DNA from: Zootoca vivipara
Lineage: Eukaryota
Direction: 5' to 3'
Length of the DNA: 64,000 nucleotides
Assembly: GCF_963506605.1 (NCBI RefSeq)
Contig: NC_083282.1
Location: 43,276,001 to 43,340,000 of the forward strand
The position numbers and the translations under genes were made by a program. Positions 37,321 to 52,547 of the stretch are shown here, one piece after another; the stretch's first letter is position 1, and every line of letters starts with the position of its first letter. The notes under the pieces are model-generated. The model was not told where the DNA came from and ran no database searches. It was given only the letters and a program-made list of their open reading frames with translations.

Positions 37321-40300
37321 CAGAGTGGGTTGGGTGGGTAGGGGTGAAGGGAGGGGGTTGAGGTGCATGTGGAAGAGTTGATACGTGACTGTAGGTTTAG
37401 AAGGCACCGTCGGGAGTATGCTGGGAGGAAAGCGGGGTTGGGGCGTTGGGAGTGTAAGGTTGACATGATTGCAGCTGAGATGGAAAGTTGGTGACTGGGT
37501 GGGTAACATTTGGGTGTGCTGGGGTTGAAAATGAGTTAAGGCTACTGAGGATTTGGAGCAGATTGTTAACAACCAGTGAGTTTTTGTTCTGAGAGGGAAG
37601 CTGTGACATGAATAGTTGGGTGTGTTTCTGGTATAACTTGTTGCTCTTGCACTAAGCCCAGGTGTGGGTGGGAATACTAGTGCCATTCTTTTTGCTTGGT
37701 TATTGTCATTTTTGTTTATTTCATTTATTCAATTTATATCCCACACTTCTTCCTGAAGGAGCCCAGGGACTGTTCTGCTAAGCTTGTTGTTGTTTAGTCG
37801 TTTCTGACTCTTTGTGACCCCATGGACCAGAGCACACCAAATATAAATCTCCCAAATATAGCTTTTGGTGCTCATAACCATGCTTTAATACATTTGATCT
37901 TGATTGATCTGTACCTCTGGTTAATGCCTTTCCTATGGTCTTTGGTGTACTTTCTACTGGTCAATGACAATTTGATGTATTGTCTTCAGCACAGTTTATT
38001 GTAAAACAAGATTCTGTTTGATTTTTGGAAATAGGAATCCCAAATACAGATGTGGGGAGCCTTTGGCCCTTTAAATGTGGTTGACCTACAACTCCTGTCA
38101 GCCCCAGCAAACATGACAGGAGTTGTAGTTCAGCAACATCTGGAAGGCCAAAGGTTCCCCGCACCAGTTCTAATAAGACTCATCCCTAAATTCAGCTTTG
38201 CGGGTCATTGTGAAATAAGATCAAATTCCTTCAAGCTTATTAAAACAGAAATAGTTCTTACAATACTTCAAATTTGACTATAAACTTTCCCCAAAAAACC
38301 ACCTGGTTGTGGTGATTTGTAATTGACGTTAAGACCAGGGAAATGTACAGAGTGCTAGATATCCTGATCCAGTGCTATTCTGTGCAAGTACCCTTTTGCC
38401 AGCTTTTGTGTGCATGTTTCTATTGTTGGATTAGGATACTAATCTAGAACATCATGACAAGTATTCTTCCTTGAACATTGGTATAAAAAGATAAAATATC
38501 AGCAAGAACTGGGATTACTAGATATTGAATAATTAATGGAATTCCTACAGTCAAGAATTAATAACAATCTCTGGTCAAGGGATTTAGGTGAAGGCCCTTG
38601 AATAATAAACTAGTTTTGAGTTTATCTAGCTGTTTTGGATTGGATTGTGAGAGAATGATATATTGCATTAATATTGAATACAATGTAAGTTCCAATTTTG
38701 TGTGATATTTGTGATGTAGCTGAACCATTTATTTATTTATTTAGGGGTGACTACCTGCGATGCTGCAAGCTTTGCTACCCATTATGTGCTTTTGTCATTT
38801 TGGCTGCTTGTGTGGTAGCTTGTGTTGGCTTGGTATGGATGCAGGTTGCTCTCAAGGAAGACCTGGATGAATTAAAGGAGCGGTTTCGAACCAGTAAGTA
38901 CTGATCTTTGGTTTTCTCTTTCTTTATTATAACTTGTGGGATGTGGGACAAAGTCTTATATAGCTGGTAATTGCCAAAACACTATTTATAGTCTGTTTCA
39001 ATATGAAGCAAACATGATGACAAATGGTCTTTTGTGTACAAAATATTATAACTCTGTTACTAGGTATTGTAACAAATATTTTACCATCCTCTGTAAGCCA
39101 CAGGTGATTGAAAACACATGGCCATACATGTATTTTTAGAAGGCGGAAACCGTATTTATTGGCATATGTCTGATTTGAACTATTTAATGCTTACAAATCA
39201 TGTAATTAGATTTCTGTGATCCTTGGTGAATGTGTTCAAAAAATTCAAGTACTCAAGAATGTTTTGAAAGCCTGAGTTGCTAAAGTATCCTGAAAAATTG
39301 CAGCTGCTTTGTCTTGTGGATGGCAGTGGGTAGACAAGCTCACATCTGTGTCATCTGATGGTAATTGTAAACAGGAAAGATCCATAAAGATTTGGCGCCT
39401 TGCTAATTTTACTAGAAGTATGAGATAGAAATTGTCATACAGAAATTAAGGAAGGCTAGTATCATGAGGTGGAGGGAATTACTTTGGAGGAAGTGCTTTT
39501 CTTAAAAGCTGTTGATGCTTTTAAGAAAATCTTGGAAGGTATACATATATGTATTGATAATCACAGCACTATGATTTGCCTTTTTGATATATCATAATTT
39601 ATATATATACCTGGATACTTGCTCCAGGTGATTTGTGAGACTATACTGGCATATAACAAACCACTTTTGCTGTTGACCCAACTCTGTAGGGGAGAGGATT
39701 TCACAATTAATTGGTGCGTTTCCAGGAGGAAAACCACCAATGGCAATGGTGAAATACTATCTTGTTTTTTATCATGACACTTTCAGGTCACCCATCACTA
39801 TAGAGCTTAATCTTCAAAGTGCTATTCATTCTTCAAATAGGTTACTTGGTTTTATGTCTGTTAATGAACTGTCTTGAAAATGTACTGTGTTGAGTATGAC
39901 AGTTTTTTATGTAGGCTGAGCAATTACTGCATTTCTCAGCTGTATTTGTCTCTATTAAGAAAAGAATTCTCTACTGAAAAAAATTAAAAACACAGTGTAC
40001 TTAAAAATAGCTTTATGGTGTTTGTTCTAAAAGCTTTAAATAGTTCTATCCAATCTTGTAAGTTTTGACAGCCATTCAGAATTCAATTTTATTTCATTTT
40101 ACCGAGCTATGTCCAAGGTCCATCGATCTAAGGTTGTTGTATTAATCTACAAAGCTCTGGGCAACTTAAGTCCAAGGGTACTTTAGTGACTGCCTGAACC
40201 CTTATATCCTAGCTCAATCAGTGATATGATCTGTAGGAGCATTGCTGGTTATCCTTTGAGTCACTGAGGTTCAAATTATGTAGCCAGTAAACCACGCTTT

Positions 40301-43300
40301 CAGCATCTTTGGCCCAGTCCTGCGAAATGCTGTTCTGGTTGAGATTCAGCAGACATCTGCTTTGTCTTTTAACTTTTGCTGAACACCTTTTATGTCACTA
40401 GGCTTATGCAGGCAATTAAGAAAAAGAGTAAATGTGATAACTGGTGGTTTTAGATTTTGTCAGTTGTAAGCTGCCTTGATTTTTTTAATGAAACACGGAT
40501 AGTACACATATTTATGGAAAAAATATAATAAAAATATTCTTAAATAAAACTATGTTTCTAGATATTAACAGACTGTTAAGTTTAATGGCATAACTCTGTT
40601 ATGAAAGAAAATTACTAAGGAGAACATGCTCGGAAGCATATTTGAAACTTGAAAGAAAGAGGTTTTATTATTTTATATACACTTCATACAGTGGTAGTGG
40701 GAGTCCCATTATACTTAGTGGGTGAAATTCAGCATCGTGCTCTTCCAACAGCCACTATGGTATAGTGGTTAGTGTGTTGGAGTAGAACCTGGGAGACAAG
40801 AGTTTGAATCTCTGCTTGGCCATGAAGCTCGCTGGGTGATCTTGGGCCAGTCACAGTCTCTCAGCATAACCTACATCACAGGGTTGTTGTGAGGATAAAA
40901 ATTGGGGAGGGACTATACATGCCACCTTGAGCTCCTTGGAGGAAAGGTGGGGTAGAAATGCAATTAATAATAAACAAATGTACAAGCACCTGAAGCATAT
41001 GACACAGCTGAAGTCGTACGGACATAACAATGATTGAGTAAAAATGGAATTCAATGAAGATTACTAATAGTTACCTTAGCATTGTATTGTCTGTTCATCA
41101 AAACAATTCCAATGGTTATTTAGTCATTAGTGTATATAACTAATTTTCATTACAAGAATAAACTGCCTATTTAATTCAACTTCTCTTAAGAGCAGTCACA
41201 GATTACAGGAAGTTGGTTCCTGCAATACATTATATGATGTATTTCATATATGTCAATCTACAACTTTGTTTAGCTTACTCTTTGTTCCTAAATGCACAGT
41301 GTGGAAGCTTTGCTAAAATCAATGCAGATTTTACATAATATGTTTAGAATTCAATCCCAAATTACAAAGCAATGAAGGCATACCTATTAAAGAATTTCTG
41401 CTTGTGTTCTCAGATCTTGGTGTTGATGGATAACTATTGCTTCTGACTTTGTGTTTTAGTGGAATCTAATCAAAAAACCTCATTCCAAGAAATTCCTAGA
41501 TTGACTGAAGATCTGCTTAATAAACAAAAGGAACTGGAAAAGATTGAGAATGGAGATACGGGATTAAGCAAAATATGGGTAAACATCACTGAAATAAGCA
41601 AACAGGTAAAGTAAGTGACCATTCAAGTAAAGTTATAATCTAAGCCAGGGGTAGGCAGCCTAAGGCCCGCGGGCTGGATGCGGCCCAAATGCCTTAATCT
41701 GGCCAGTCCGGGAATCGGTGTGTTTTTACATGAGTAGAATTTGTCCTTTTATTTAAAATGCATCTCTGGGTTATTTGTGGGGCCTGCCTGGTGTTTTTAC
41801 ATGAGCAGAATGTGTGCTTTTATTTAAAATGCATCTCTGGGTTATTTGTGGGGCATAGGAATTCGTTCATTCCCCCCACCACCACCACATGGTCTGGGGG
41901 ACAGTAGACCGGCCCACGGCTGAAAAAGGTTGCTGACCCCTGATCTAAGCCATTTAAAATAGTCGTACCTCGGGTTACGTACTCGGCAGATCCAGAAGCA
42001 TTTATTTCTGGGTTTGCCGTGTGCGCATGTGCAGAAGCATTCTGCACAGAAGTGCATGCGCAGAAGCGCGCTTTCACGCTCGTTCTGGTTACATAATTTT
42101 TGGGTTACGAACCACACCCCGGAATGAATCAGGTACGTAACCTGAGGTACCACTGTATGTTTTATAATATCTTAGTTGAGCCATTTGCTGTTATTGATAT
42201 TACTGTTAATGAAGAGCAACATTCTGGGTCAACGTGTATGTTGACATTTTTCAAATTGGTAAAAGTTATTAATCCATTATTTTTACTGTCTGTGTTAGTA
42301 CATAATGCTAAGCCATAAAGTATGGTTCCATAAGCCACACAGTACATTAGTTGTGTACTGGTTCATGCAACCCAAGGGCTCCTGCTTCACTTCTCCTTTG
42401 TGTAAGCAAGTAAACAAGCCATAATATAGGTAGGTTGCAATAATTACCGAAGTTGGGGCCATGGTTTGCTTTCTCCCTGACAAACCATAGTAACTAAGTC
42501 ACCAACAAGCTATGATTTAAGACTGGCTAAAGTGGTCATTTGTTAGGAGAAGAAAAGATGATTTCATGTTCAGATGTCACTCAAAGCTATTGACTTTGTG
42601 GTTTATTCATGTGTTTGTGCAAAGCAGCAGGGCATAAGCTGCATGCTCCAGCATGTGGCTTGTGGCCAGTATGGCTTTCTAAATACTGCATAGTTTAAGT
42701 GTTTATGTGCAGTTGTGGCCATTGGCTTAGCTTGAGTTCTGACAAAACCATGGTTTATTGTGACAGTAACAAGCATGCTGCCCTCTCCCTCTTTCTTTTG
42801 TGCTGCTGCTAAAAGGAAATAAGAAATTTTACTTCCACTTCATTTGAACTTGACTTGTTAATCTTTGTTGTTTGCTTGAAACAAGGCAACTGCAAATCAT
42901 TGGTTATGAAACTAGCTTGTTTCAACAAATCATATTCAAAAGGAAACTGAGAAGCATTCTCATGGAAGGAGTAAACATAGAAAGTCTCTGCACAACTGGA
43001 TTGTTCCTAAATTTTTAAAAGAATGTTCAATGACTAAAAGCTGGGAAGGAAGTGTGTGTTTTTTGAATTTTTGTCTGTTTAGTGTATTTCAGTAGTTGGG
43101 AAATGTTTCCTTGTACCCCACTTCTCTTATGATTGAAGAGTTAATGGTGCTTAATGTTTTTATATAAAATACAAGTTAGCAAGGAGCTAGCAACTTGCTT
43201 AATCGGTAGACTGATACTGACTGAAGATGAATCCATCAGTAGATTCTGAGCAAAGTGTTACCATGGTTGTGCTAGTTGTATGTAGTACAGACTCAAGAGG

Positions 43301-46300
43301 CTTCTCAATATCAGGTGTTGTGCCATTTATGTTTAAATGATTTATCTGTAACCTCTACTCTGAGAGAGAATGAAATAACATCTTCCTTTGGTTTTAGATT
43401 TCTTTGTTGATGTCGGCTGTAAATCACCTCAAAACGAACATTAAATCTGCTTCTGATTTGATTAATCTTCCTGTCACAGTAGAAGAGCTTCAGAAAGTAT
43501 GTACTACATCAAGTATATTGTGTTTATCAAATTCTGCAAGCTACAAAAGTATTTTGAATCAGAGTTTTTGAACCACTGCTCTGAGTGTACAATGGTGTTA
43601 ATCACTTGTAGGAAGTATGTAGGTGGGAAATGATAATGCTGTACTGGGTCACATTGTCAGGATGTGCGCAGTTTGTTCAGTATGACTCTCTCGTGGTTTT
43701 TTCTAAGGTTATAAGGATTATTTGTATTGCTTGGTATTTTGGGTTGGGGTTGCATGTTTGTGTTTGCATTATTGTATTATATTACAAGTTTCTAAATGTA
43801 ACCTGCCTTGGGATCTTATGTGAAGTGTGGTGGTTATTATTATTATTTATTAACTACATTTCTGGAATTAATACATTTGAGTCTCACACTTTTTAATATA
43901 CCACTGATACTACAAGATTATGATTGGGTTTTTTTTCCCAGAGTGTTGCTACTATAGGTAGCACAGTAACTAGTGTTCATCATGATGTTGAGAGTATGCA
44001 GGCAGCAATTGAAGAACATAAGAAAACTATAGAGACACTCCAAAATGAAATGGTAAGGACTTGTATTAATCTGATTCCTAGATACTATAAACAAATTTGT
44101 AAATATTGGTCATCTTTGAGGATGTAAATAAGTTAATGATTGGGTGTCTGGCCTCAATTGACTTTCCTAATCCACCCTCTTCATATGCTCCTTGTACTAT
44201 TTCTTAAATCAGGCAAGGCAAGCAAATACGACTTTCATTATAACAAGAACCTTTTGAGTAATTGTGCATATTGAGGGAGCATCACATATCTCCCATGTTT
44301 CCTAACTGCTTTCCATCCATACAATACTTGTATCATTGCACTTGTTTATTTGTTTTGAATCTCTTAAATACATTTACATGGAGCACCAGTATAATTGTGT
44401 ATATCACATTCTGCTACACTCTGTCTTCCTAGTATTGTATTTGTGAAAGCTTGGTTCCCATGTTCAAAGTTTAAATAACTGGTTTGAAAAATTCATTTTT
44501 ACTGCTTTTCATAGAGTGAACTTGCAGAAGATGTTAGAGGAAAGCAGCTGCCTTCATTTCCCTCCTCTCCAACCCCCCAAATAAGTGAGAAGAACCTGAC
44601 AGACTTTTGTAAACAGGTACAGCTTGCTTGCTGCTTTAGATGCTTTGCAAATCAGTGTTTCAAGATTTCTGTAGAACTAGTTTAAACTAGGATTCTGGGA
44701 CAACGAAGAAACAGTCAGCCTCTATTTTCAGGAAACATGGGTCGATATTTAAGATTAGTTATACTCTGAGTAGACTCATTGAAATTGGTGTCGTGGTCAT
44801 TAATTTCAGAGGATCTATACTGAATAGGACTTCATAGAATCATAGAATTATTGAGTTGGAAGGAACCACAAGGATCATCTAGTGTCCAACCCCCTGCAGT
44901 GCTCAGGTCTGTCTCTAACCTTTAGTGAAATACAGTTTCCTAGGCAGAGAGCAGAAATAAAAGAGAGTATGACACTCTTTGTAATAGGAAGCTGGATATT
45001 AATTTTAGGTTGTGATCTGTGTAATAGTCTCTTCCCTCAATCCCTTGAATTGCATAACATCCAGCACAATGTGGAGTTCTGGAGAACTAAGAAGCTTGCG
45101 CACACACTATTTTGAGGCAATTTAGTTAATTTTAATTCATTTATTGTCCAACTGTGAATTCTGGAAATTGAGCAATACTGTACGTCTTTCTTTGCTTGTT
45201 AAAAAGGAAAACCATACAATTTCTTTGAAATAAATCATGAATGTTAAAACAGCCAACAACATGGCAGTTCTTGAAGTAGATCTCCTAGCTTTGTGGTTAG
45301 TCCCTTGCCCTAGCTAAGAACTTAATTTATGAGTAGTAAATTGCTATGCCCACTTGTCAGACTGCCTTTCAAAACACTGGCAAAGTGTATTTATTATAAA
45401 ATAAATGCACCACTCTTCTAAAGATTCTTACCCAGGGTGTCAATAAAATATAGTAAATAACACAGTAGTATTAAAACAACATGTAGGCAAATTATTTTGT
45501 TTGATCTGTTAAACTTTGTACTCTTTGAAGGCAGCTTGCATTAAACAACATAAGACCTGTGTGATTTAGCACACCTGTTTTCACAGAGGGTAGTTGCTGA
45601 AACCCAGCTTTCAACTTTCAAAGAACTAACAGACCGCCTTCATTTAAGGATTTGTCAAGTGGCTCTAAACCCTCTTTGAGCTGCATCCAATGACACGGGA
45701 ATATGCTTTGCTGAATTTAGGGATTTACTTATGAGTAAGCCAGCATAGTCAAGCTGCAGATGAATGACAATTGCATAGGTATAAACTGCTTACTCTTAGT
45801 TATTGCTGTTTCTATAATAGTGTAGTAACATTGTTTCTGTGTTGAACAGGATAACCAGTACCTGCATACCTCTATAGAAGAGGTTAACTCTACCCTAATG
45901 TTGTACCAGAAACAGAATGATTTAAAACTTTTCAATATGGACTCCACAGTTGGTAATCTAAGTTGGAGAGTTGCTTCATTAGAAAATCATATGACAGTGA
46001 ATAAACTGGAAAAAAGAGAAAACCTGACCCTTGGTATGGTAAGTGCCCAGCTATTGTGGGTTTTTGAGAAACGAATTTTTGCAAAGCAGTTATGTTTGCT
46101 GTATGCTATATGGATTAGTTGTGCTGCATAGTGGTTGAACTGATACTGGGAAAGCCACACTTTCCAAAAAGAAATTGCAATTCACACCTGGTGTGTGGAG
46201 TTATAAATGCTAACTATAGTGAAAGTGGCCATTCTCTAATAATCTGGATTCCTTCTATCACAAGCTTTGCACTGAATTAATGAATTTCTGCAACAATATG

Positions 46301-49300
46301 AGCTGTCAGTTGGATCTTCGGTGATGCTTTCTGTGTTACTGTGGATCTTGGTCACCTTGAATTTCTAATTTGCTCGTACAGCTTTTGTTGACTGATAATT
46401 TGAACAGTAAGGTCAGCTATACTCTTAATGTCTATGAGAACTATGCTTCAGTTTTATTACAAAGTTAAAACTGCAGTCCTACACACTTCTTGGGAAGTAA
46501 GCCCCATTTATGTCAGAGGGAGTTGTTTCTGAGTCGACATGCGTTGGATTGGACCTGGATTGCAAGATTGTATGGATGCAGTAGTGGTGCTTGCATTGCA
46601 AGTAAGCTCCTACCTGAATCAGTTAGTGTTTGTTGCAGCATTTTGTGTAGTTACTCTCATCTGGCTATGCATTGAGACACTGCACCTAGAAAAATCTTGT
46701 ACGTTAATAAGTAGCCTGAAATGTTGACAAAGCCAGATTCTACATGCCTACTTTGTGTTTTCTCACTCTTTCCATGTTCTGCAAGATTTTGGGACATATT
46801 GGGATGAAACTGGGGGAACTGGCTGTCAGAATGGCAACTTGGTTGGGCACTAGACAAAATGATATTTCTCTGTGATTCTATTACTTTTTAAAAATTTAAA
46901 CACTGGAGTGGAAGTACTGTGGTGAAATGGCAAACATCTAGAGAAAGTGTAATAGTTGAATGTATACTTTAATGTTTTTAGGGGATTAGAAATCTCAAAT
47001 AATGAAGCTGGAAATCTTGGCCATATGTAGGACTGAAAACTGTATAATACTATTGCCATTTAAGATGGCAACTGTAGAAGGAAGGCTAGGAGAAGCTGTA
47101 TTGACCAGGTTGTATTGGACATTGGCACTAAAATGTGTAACTCTCATTAGAGTTTGGTTGTTCAGCATATTGGATCCCCAACTCCACCTTTCTGGCAGCA
47201 CTGCTATGTGTGTGTTCCTGTGGTACAATTATTATACAGTCATGCTGGTTGTTTATTTCCTTTAAAAATGTAATTACTGATACAGTGGCAGCCTTATTGA
47301 TCTGCTATTTCAACCTCAGCGTACTTCTTTCTCTTTTTGCTTAAATAGCCGCTGGGTTGTGCCAGTTGCAGACTAGGACTGCCTGAGCTCCCACTGATCT
47401 CAGCATGTCCTGATGAGCCTTGCATATTAACTTTTCTCTCCAATGTAGTTGTTCAAATAATAGGTCTTGTTGCTTACTCACACAGCTACATTTTAATATC
47501 TTTGTGATCACTGACTAGTCCTAGGCTGTTCATCTCTTGTATGTCTTAAGGGTAAACTATATTTTAGAAGAAGACACAAACATATGCCTTGCTTTTGGTT
47601 TTGCTTTTTGCAGGTGGGTGACTTAACTACCTCGGTGAAAGTAGAAAGTGAACCAAGGAATGAAACTACTACTGAAAAGGTACAGGGCATGGAGATAATT
47701 CTAGGGAAACCAGAAGTAGTGTTTAAAAGCAAGCCATATCATATTACTGCACAGTTTTTTCCTGCTTTCCCTAATTTACCCATAAAGCCTGGAAGGTGTG
47801 ATAACAAACTCCAACTAAGGAAATATACAAAATGGTACAGATTCAAATTTCTGGAAATATATAATAAATCTATTCTCTGCAATGTATCAAACTATATATG
47901 CTGGAGATCTCTCTGGTTTGCTCTTAAAAGCAAGCTACATGTCTGTCGCACACCAGAGAAGACACTCTAGAACTTCCTAGGTAATAAGAACTTAAAGGTA
48001 AAGGGGCCCCTGACCATCAGGTCCAGTCGTGTCCGACTCTGGGGTTGCGGCGCTCATCTCACTCTATAGGCCGAGGGAGCCGGCGTTTGTCCGCAGACAG
48101 CTTCCGGGTCATGTGGCCAGCATGACAAAGCTGCTTCTTGCGAACCAGAGCAGCGCATGGAAACACCGTTTACCTTCCCGCTGGAGCGGTCCCTATTTAT
48201 CTACTTGCATTTTGATGTGCTTTCGAACTGCTAGGTGGGCAGGAGCTGGGACCGAACAACGGGAGCTCACCCCATTACAGGGATTCGAACCGCCAACCTT
48301 CTGATCAGCAAGCCCTAGACTCTGTGGTTTATCCCACAGCGCTATGAAGGATAAAACAAGGTTATGCAGATTTTTGATAAAAGGAAATGACCAATTTAAA
48401 TGCTGGCTGGGTGAAGTTGGTTGGTGCAGAGTATCTTATTTTTCACAAATAAGGTACTCACTAGTACAGAAAATGCTATAGTAAACTGGTCCTATTGAAT
48501 ATGTTCTTGTTTTGTCAGGTTACTGGGCAAGTGAAATTATTATTTTATTTTGGCCTTATTGGTCTATGGAAAAAGTGTATTGTAGCATCTTGTTATCTAA
48601 TCCTATGGCTACCATAATAGGCCACAGGGGTTCTATAGAACATATGCTTCCATATAGATCAAGTACTTAGATCTGTGGAATCTTGCAGTTTATTACAACT
48701 TAGTCTGAAATTGGCAGTGTTTTTTCATGAAATATTTCTGTTGGTATTGCAGAATATAGAAAACGGGGATTCTCAGGTATCTATGTTAAGAGAGAAGCTG
48801 CAGCTGATCAACGCTCTGTCAAGCAAACCAGAAACTGAGCGATCTGAAGCGCTGAAAAAAGGTGAATGTTGCATATACTGTAGTTTCACTTCCTACACTA
48901 AATTACTATACTGCTGCTTTAGCTAATTTAATCATGAGTCATTTGCACTACAGTTACTTGGACAAACGAGCAAACAGGGTGCTGAAAGGAGTGGAAATAC
49001 GTCTGATGGCTGGCCGCTAGTTATGAGCTTCTGACCAAAGCCTCCCATAGCTCATCCTTTATGGAAAGACAAATAACAAGAAGTGTAAAAATATAAGTGC
49101 TTACTTTGGAAGGAAAAACTATTAGCAGAACCACATTCTTAACAGGAACAATTGAGGCATGTACAATTCAGTTCCAAATTTATCAGTTCTATCACTTTCA
49201 GCATATGAACTGCTTTGATCGTTCAAGTAAGCATTTATACATGTATATCATTCTTATTGTGCTGTAATGAAAAAGCAAGGTAGCTATCATCTTGTCAAAA

Positions 49301-51801
49301 TCCACAGTAAATGATCAGTCAAAATATTTCTCTTTGCCTTATTGAGTTAATACTCTAGCATAGAAACACATGTGCCACATCAGTTAGGCTAGGTCAGGCA
49401 TCCCCAAACTGTGGCCCTCCAGATGTTTTGGCCTACAACTCCCATGATCCCTAGCTAACAGGACCAGTGGTCGGGGAAGATTGGAATTGTAGTCCAAAAC
49501 ATCTGGAGGGCCAAAGTTTGGGGATGCCTGGGCTAGGTTATAAATTTGAAATGTGCTTTTGCATTCAAAATGCACAAGAAGAAGCAAGTTGGAAAAGACT
49601 GGTCCATTAATTTTCCATGTTCAAAGGGGAAAGCCCTCTGCCTCATTGGAAGATAGTTTCTATAAAGTGTTACAGTCTGGGGTTACCACTGTGACACCCA
49701 CAAGCACCAATGTATCCACCAGTACCAGTAAATATATGCTCTGAAATTTGCAATACGTGAGTATCTGTTTGCTCTTTCAGCTCAGTTCCTGTTTGCACTG
49801 TTTTCACTGGCTCAATCTCTCCTACATTAGAGATACCCATGTTACATTGGATGCCAGAATTGGACACCCACCCTCCAGTTGGAACAAGGGGAGAGGTGCA
49901 AAGAGCTTCTTTATGAGAGAGTGCAGTGGTAGCTGATGTAGATGCCTTTCCCCTTAGGCTGGGGGGGCGGGGGGCGCATGACTGCACCACTTTGCCCTGT
50001 TGCTTTTTCTGTTTTTTGGATGTGGAAATCCTTTTGTGACTGGCACTTTTTCAAAATTTCATAGATGCCCACTGGCCCAAAAAGGTTGCTGCCACCTGCA
50101 CTGATTTTTCCACTAATGACATCTCTGGTGTGTTACTGTGTTGAAAGTGCCATATTATGTTGGATACCATCTTCATGTAGCCCCCTTTGTGAAGCATAAT
50201 TGCCTTCCACCTATTCTTGCCAGATAATTAGCAACAACTACTGTAAAATTTCTTGACAGAAGGAAAACTCCAGAGCACTACATCAAAGCCCACAAAGCTT
50301 CCAAGACTTTCTTCAAGATCAGTTGGCAGCAGTTTTGAGGGGAATAGACACCCAAGAGACTTGTCATTACCTGGAATATCCAACATAGAAGGTAACCACA
50401 TGTGGTTGGAGATGAAGGAACCTTAGAGAACATTTGTCAAATGTAGCATAAACAATCCCAAAGGACCTCTCCAAGCTGAGTGAATGCGCAGTAAAATAGC
50501 AAATGCAGTGCAAACAAGTGTAAAGCGATGCATGCCTGGGTAAAAAGATAATTTTAAGTGTCTGAAATGGCAGTAGGTGGCCAGGAACAAGACCTCAAGA
50601 ATAGCGTCACAATTGCAGCCAGTCTGAATCCTTAAGATTAGACATTTATGCCTGCTTAAAGGCCTGCAAAGATGGGGAACTTAAGGGAGGTATATTATTG
50701 TCTCCTGGAAAGTGATGCAGGTAGAAAGGGTTAATTCCCTTTCCTTTATTTACATTGCTGTTTGGATATTTTTAAAATATCCAAAGCATGCAGTTGCAAG
50801 TTGCATGCTGTTCAGCCATAAGTGTTCAAAAGTAGAGAAAACAGTGGTGAAGATGTATAAAAGAGATAAAGGGTGAACTGAAACACTGACCAGGATTTAT
50901 TTGGCAGAAGTACAATTTACTTTGTATGTTCTCAAGCAAAGTATGAGGTTTCTGGTTCAAACTGTTGAGAGACGTCCAATATTTTAACAAATCAATGTTG
51001 CTTTTGTTTAAATGTCCACAGAGAATGTTTCTCTTTCGGGCTGGTTCACATGTAGCAATCTCCTCTGAGAATGAGTCATGCCTCACTTACCCTCTGTTAC
51101 CACTCCCCCTTCCTTACCTTACATGCTGAGAAAATAATCTTCTGTGCTGTGTTTAAGCCACAGTTTCCTGTTAGCTCTGAACTGGGAAAGCGGGTGAATT
51201 TTGACTAACAACCTGGTTTCATATCCTGATTAGTAATGAGAAACTGGTTTAAACAAATGGCAATAGAAGCAGCAATGTTGGCACGCAAGGGAAGGAGGAT
51301 TGTGGGGACCCAGTGCTAGTAGTTCTTGGCTTAATAAACTGGCTCTTTATCTATTGGAATGTATATTATAGACCAGGCATGCCCAACCTTCGGCCCTCCA
51401 GATGTTTTGGACTACAATTCCCATCATCCCTGACCACTGGTCTTGTTAGCTAGGGATCATGGGAGTTGTAGGCCAAAACATCTGGAGAGCCGAAGGTTGG
51501 GCATGCCTGTTATAGACCATATAGTGTGTATTTTGTGTGTCTGGTGGGAAAAGCTGCTGCTGCTGGAGGAAAGTGTTAATGCTTCTTAGCTACTGTCCTT
51601 TAAAATTATTTGTTACTTCTTGCAGACCTTCAGGATTTATTCAGGACCATCAGCCAAGGCTCTGATGGCAAGCTCTCCTGTGAAGACCTGCAAAAACTGG
51701 TTGGATCTGCAGTGTATGATTTACAGAGCTTTAAAGAATTTGATACAGATGGAGATGAAAAGTATTCCTTACTGGAACTAAGGATGGCTTTAGGTTTATA
51801 G
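36896..51801 (+). CDS. EFCAB14: EF-hand calcium-binding domain-containing protein 14, 11 coding exons, 503 aa
   Basis: Exons: 36896-37128, 38745-38893, 41460-41605, 43398-43496, 43942-44052, 44515-44616, 45850-46038, 47614-47679, 48753-48861, 50260-50391, 51626-51801. All introns are GT-AG and the exons total 1512 nt in frame. MKKRKELNALIGL start, HRLLRTE, GDYLRCCKLCYPLC plus TM helix, coiled coil, LREKLQLINAL and C-terminal EF-hand DTDGDEKYSLLE. Confidence 0.93.
40751..40972 (+). mobile_element. tRNA-derived SINE
   Basis: A-box-like TGGTATAGTGG, B-box-like GTTTGAATC, body and an AATAAT tail; no tRNA cloverleaf. Confidence 0.65.
41646..41942. mobile_element. hAT MITE with an internal ~70-bp tandem duplication
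   Basis: CAGGGGTAGGCA...TGCTGACCCCTG; TSD ATCTAAGC; the sister copy at 59143-59390 lacks the duplication. Confidence 0.85.
41960..42155. mobile_element. Tc1/mariner-type MITE
   Basis: AGTCGTACCTCGGGTTACG...CGTAACCTGAGGTACCACTG-TA. Confidence 0.75.
47994..48342 (-). mobile_element. Sauria SINE
   Basis: Near full-length copy in EFCAB14 intron 8. Confidence 0.85.
49395..49530. mobile_element. 136-bp hAT/Charlie-type MITE
   Basis: TIRs; TSD GGCTAGGT. Confidence 0.88.
51374..51509. mobile_element. 136-bp hAT/Charlie-type MITE
   Basis: TIRs CAGGCATGCCCAACCTTCGG...; TSD TTATAGAC. Confidence 0.88.
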
Positions 51802-52547
51802 TATCTCTACATATATAAAAAACAGTATTTAAGGACTACAGTAGCTATACAAGAAAAACTGATAAGTTAAAAGCTACATTTGGCACTTTCCGAATTATAT
51901 ACTAATCTTTGCAGCTAACTTAGTGTACATGTTGACACCGTTTTAATTTTGTGTTCTTTGGAAAATATGGAAAGCTTCTAATTTTTGATTTAATTTAAGA
52001 GATACAGACACCTCAGATTTTCAGTTTTGAACCTCTAATCCCGAGATTATTTGGTAATGCCTAAACTCTGTTGACAAGTAGAGGGCACATAGGTGCAACT
52101 AAATTTTCTCTGGATTGAGGTATAGAGGATTATATTCTGCCATGGTTTTGGATAACTGGGCTGCACCTTAAATTGCACTAAGAATTTTAGCTCAAAGTTT
52201 TTATTTCCCTTATAAGGGAAGCACTTGTCTTCAAATTAGAATATGTGTGTATATATTGACAGACATGTATTTTATATTTCAAATTTGCCTTAAATTAGCT
52301 GCACTTTAGAATATAAAAAAATAAAAGCATCTATCTTCACAGGATGGGGGCTCTTTTCCTTGTAAATATTTTAAATTGAATCAATTACATCTGAGTCAAC
52401 TTGGCAATCTATTAAAAGTAATAAGGATCCCAAAGTAAGTCGTGTTGGAGGAGGCTGGAAAGACATGTTTCTCCTTAGGACCACACTTTGGGGATCTGCT
52501 TTTTGCCATAGTTGCATGGGAATCCATGGATAACATTCTGATACTAA

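Noticed and set aside
40751-40830. tRNA-like A/B boxes
   Set aside because: No cloverleaf; the sequence continues into a SINE body and tail.
50224-50259. Alternative upstream acceptor for EFCAB14 exon 10
   Set aside because: It would introduce an immediate in-frame TAG; the acceptor before 50260 keeps the frame.
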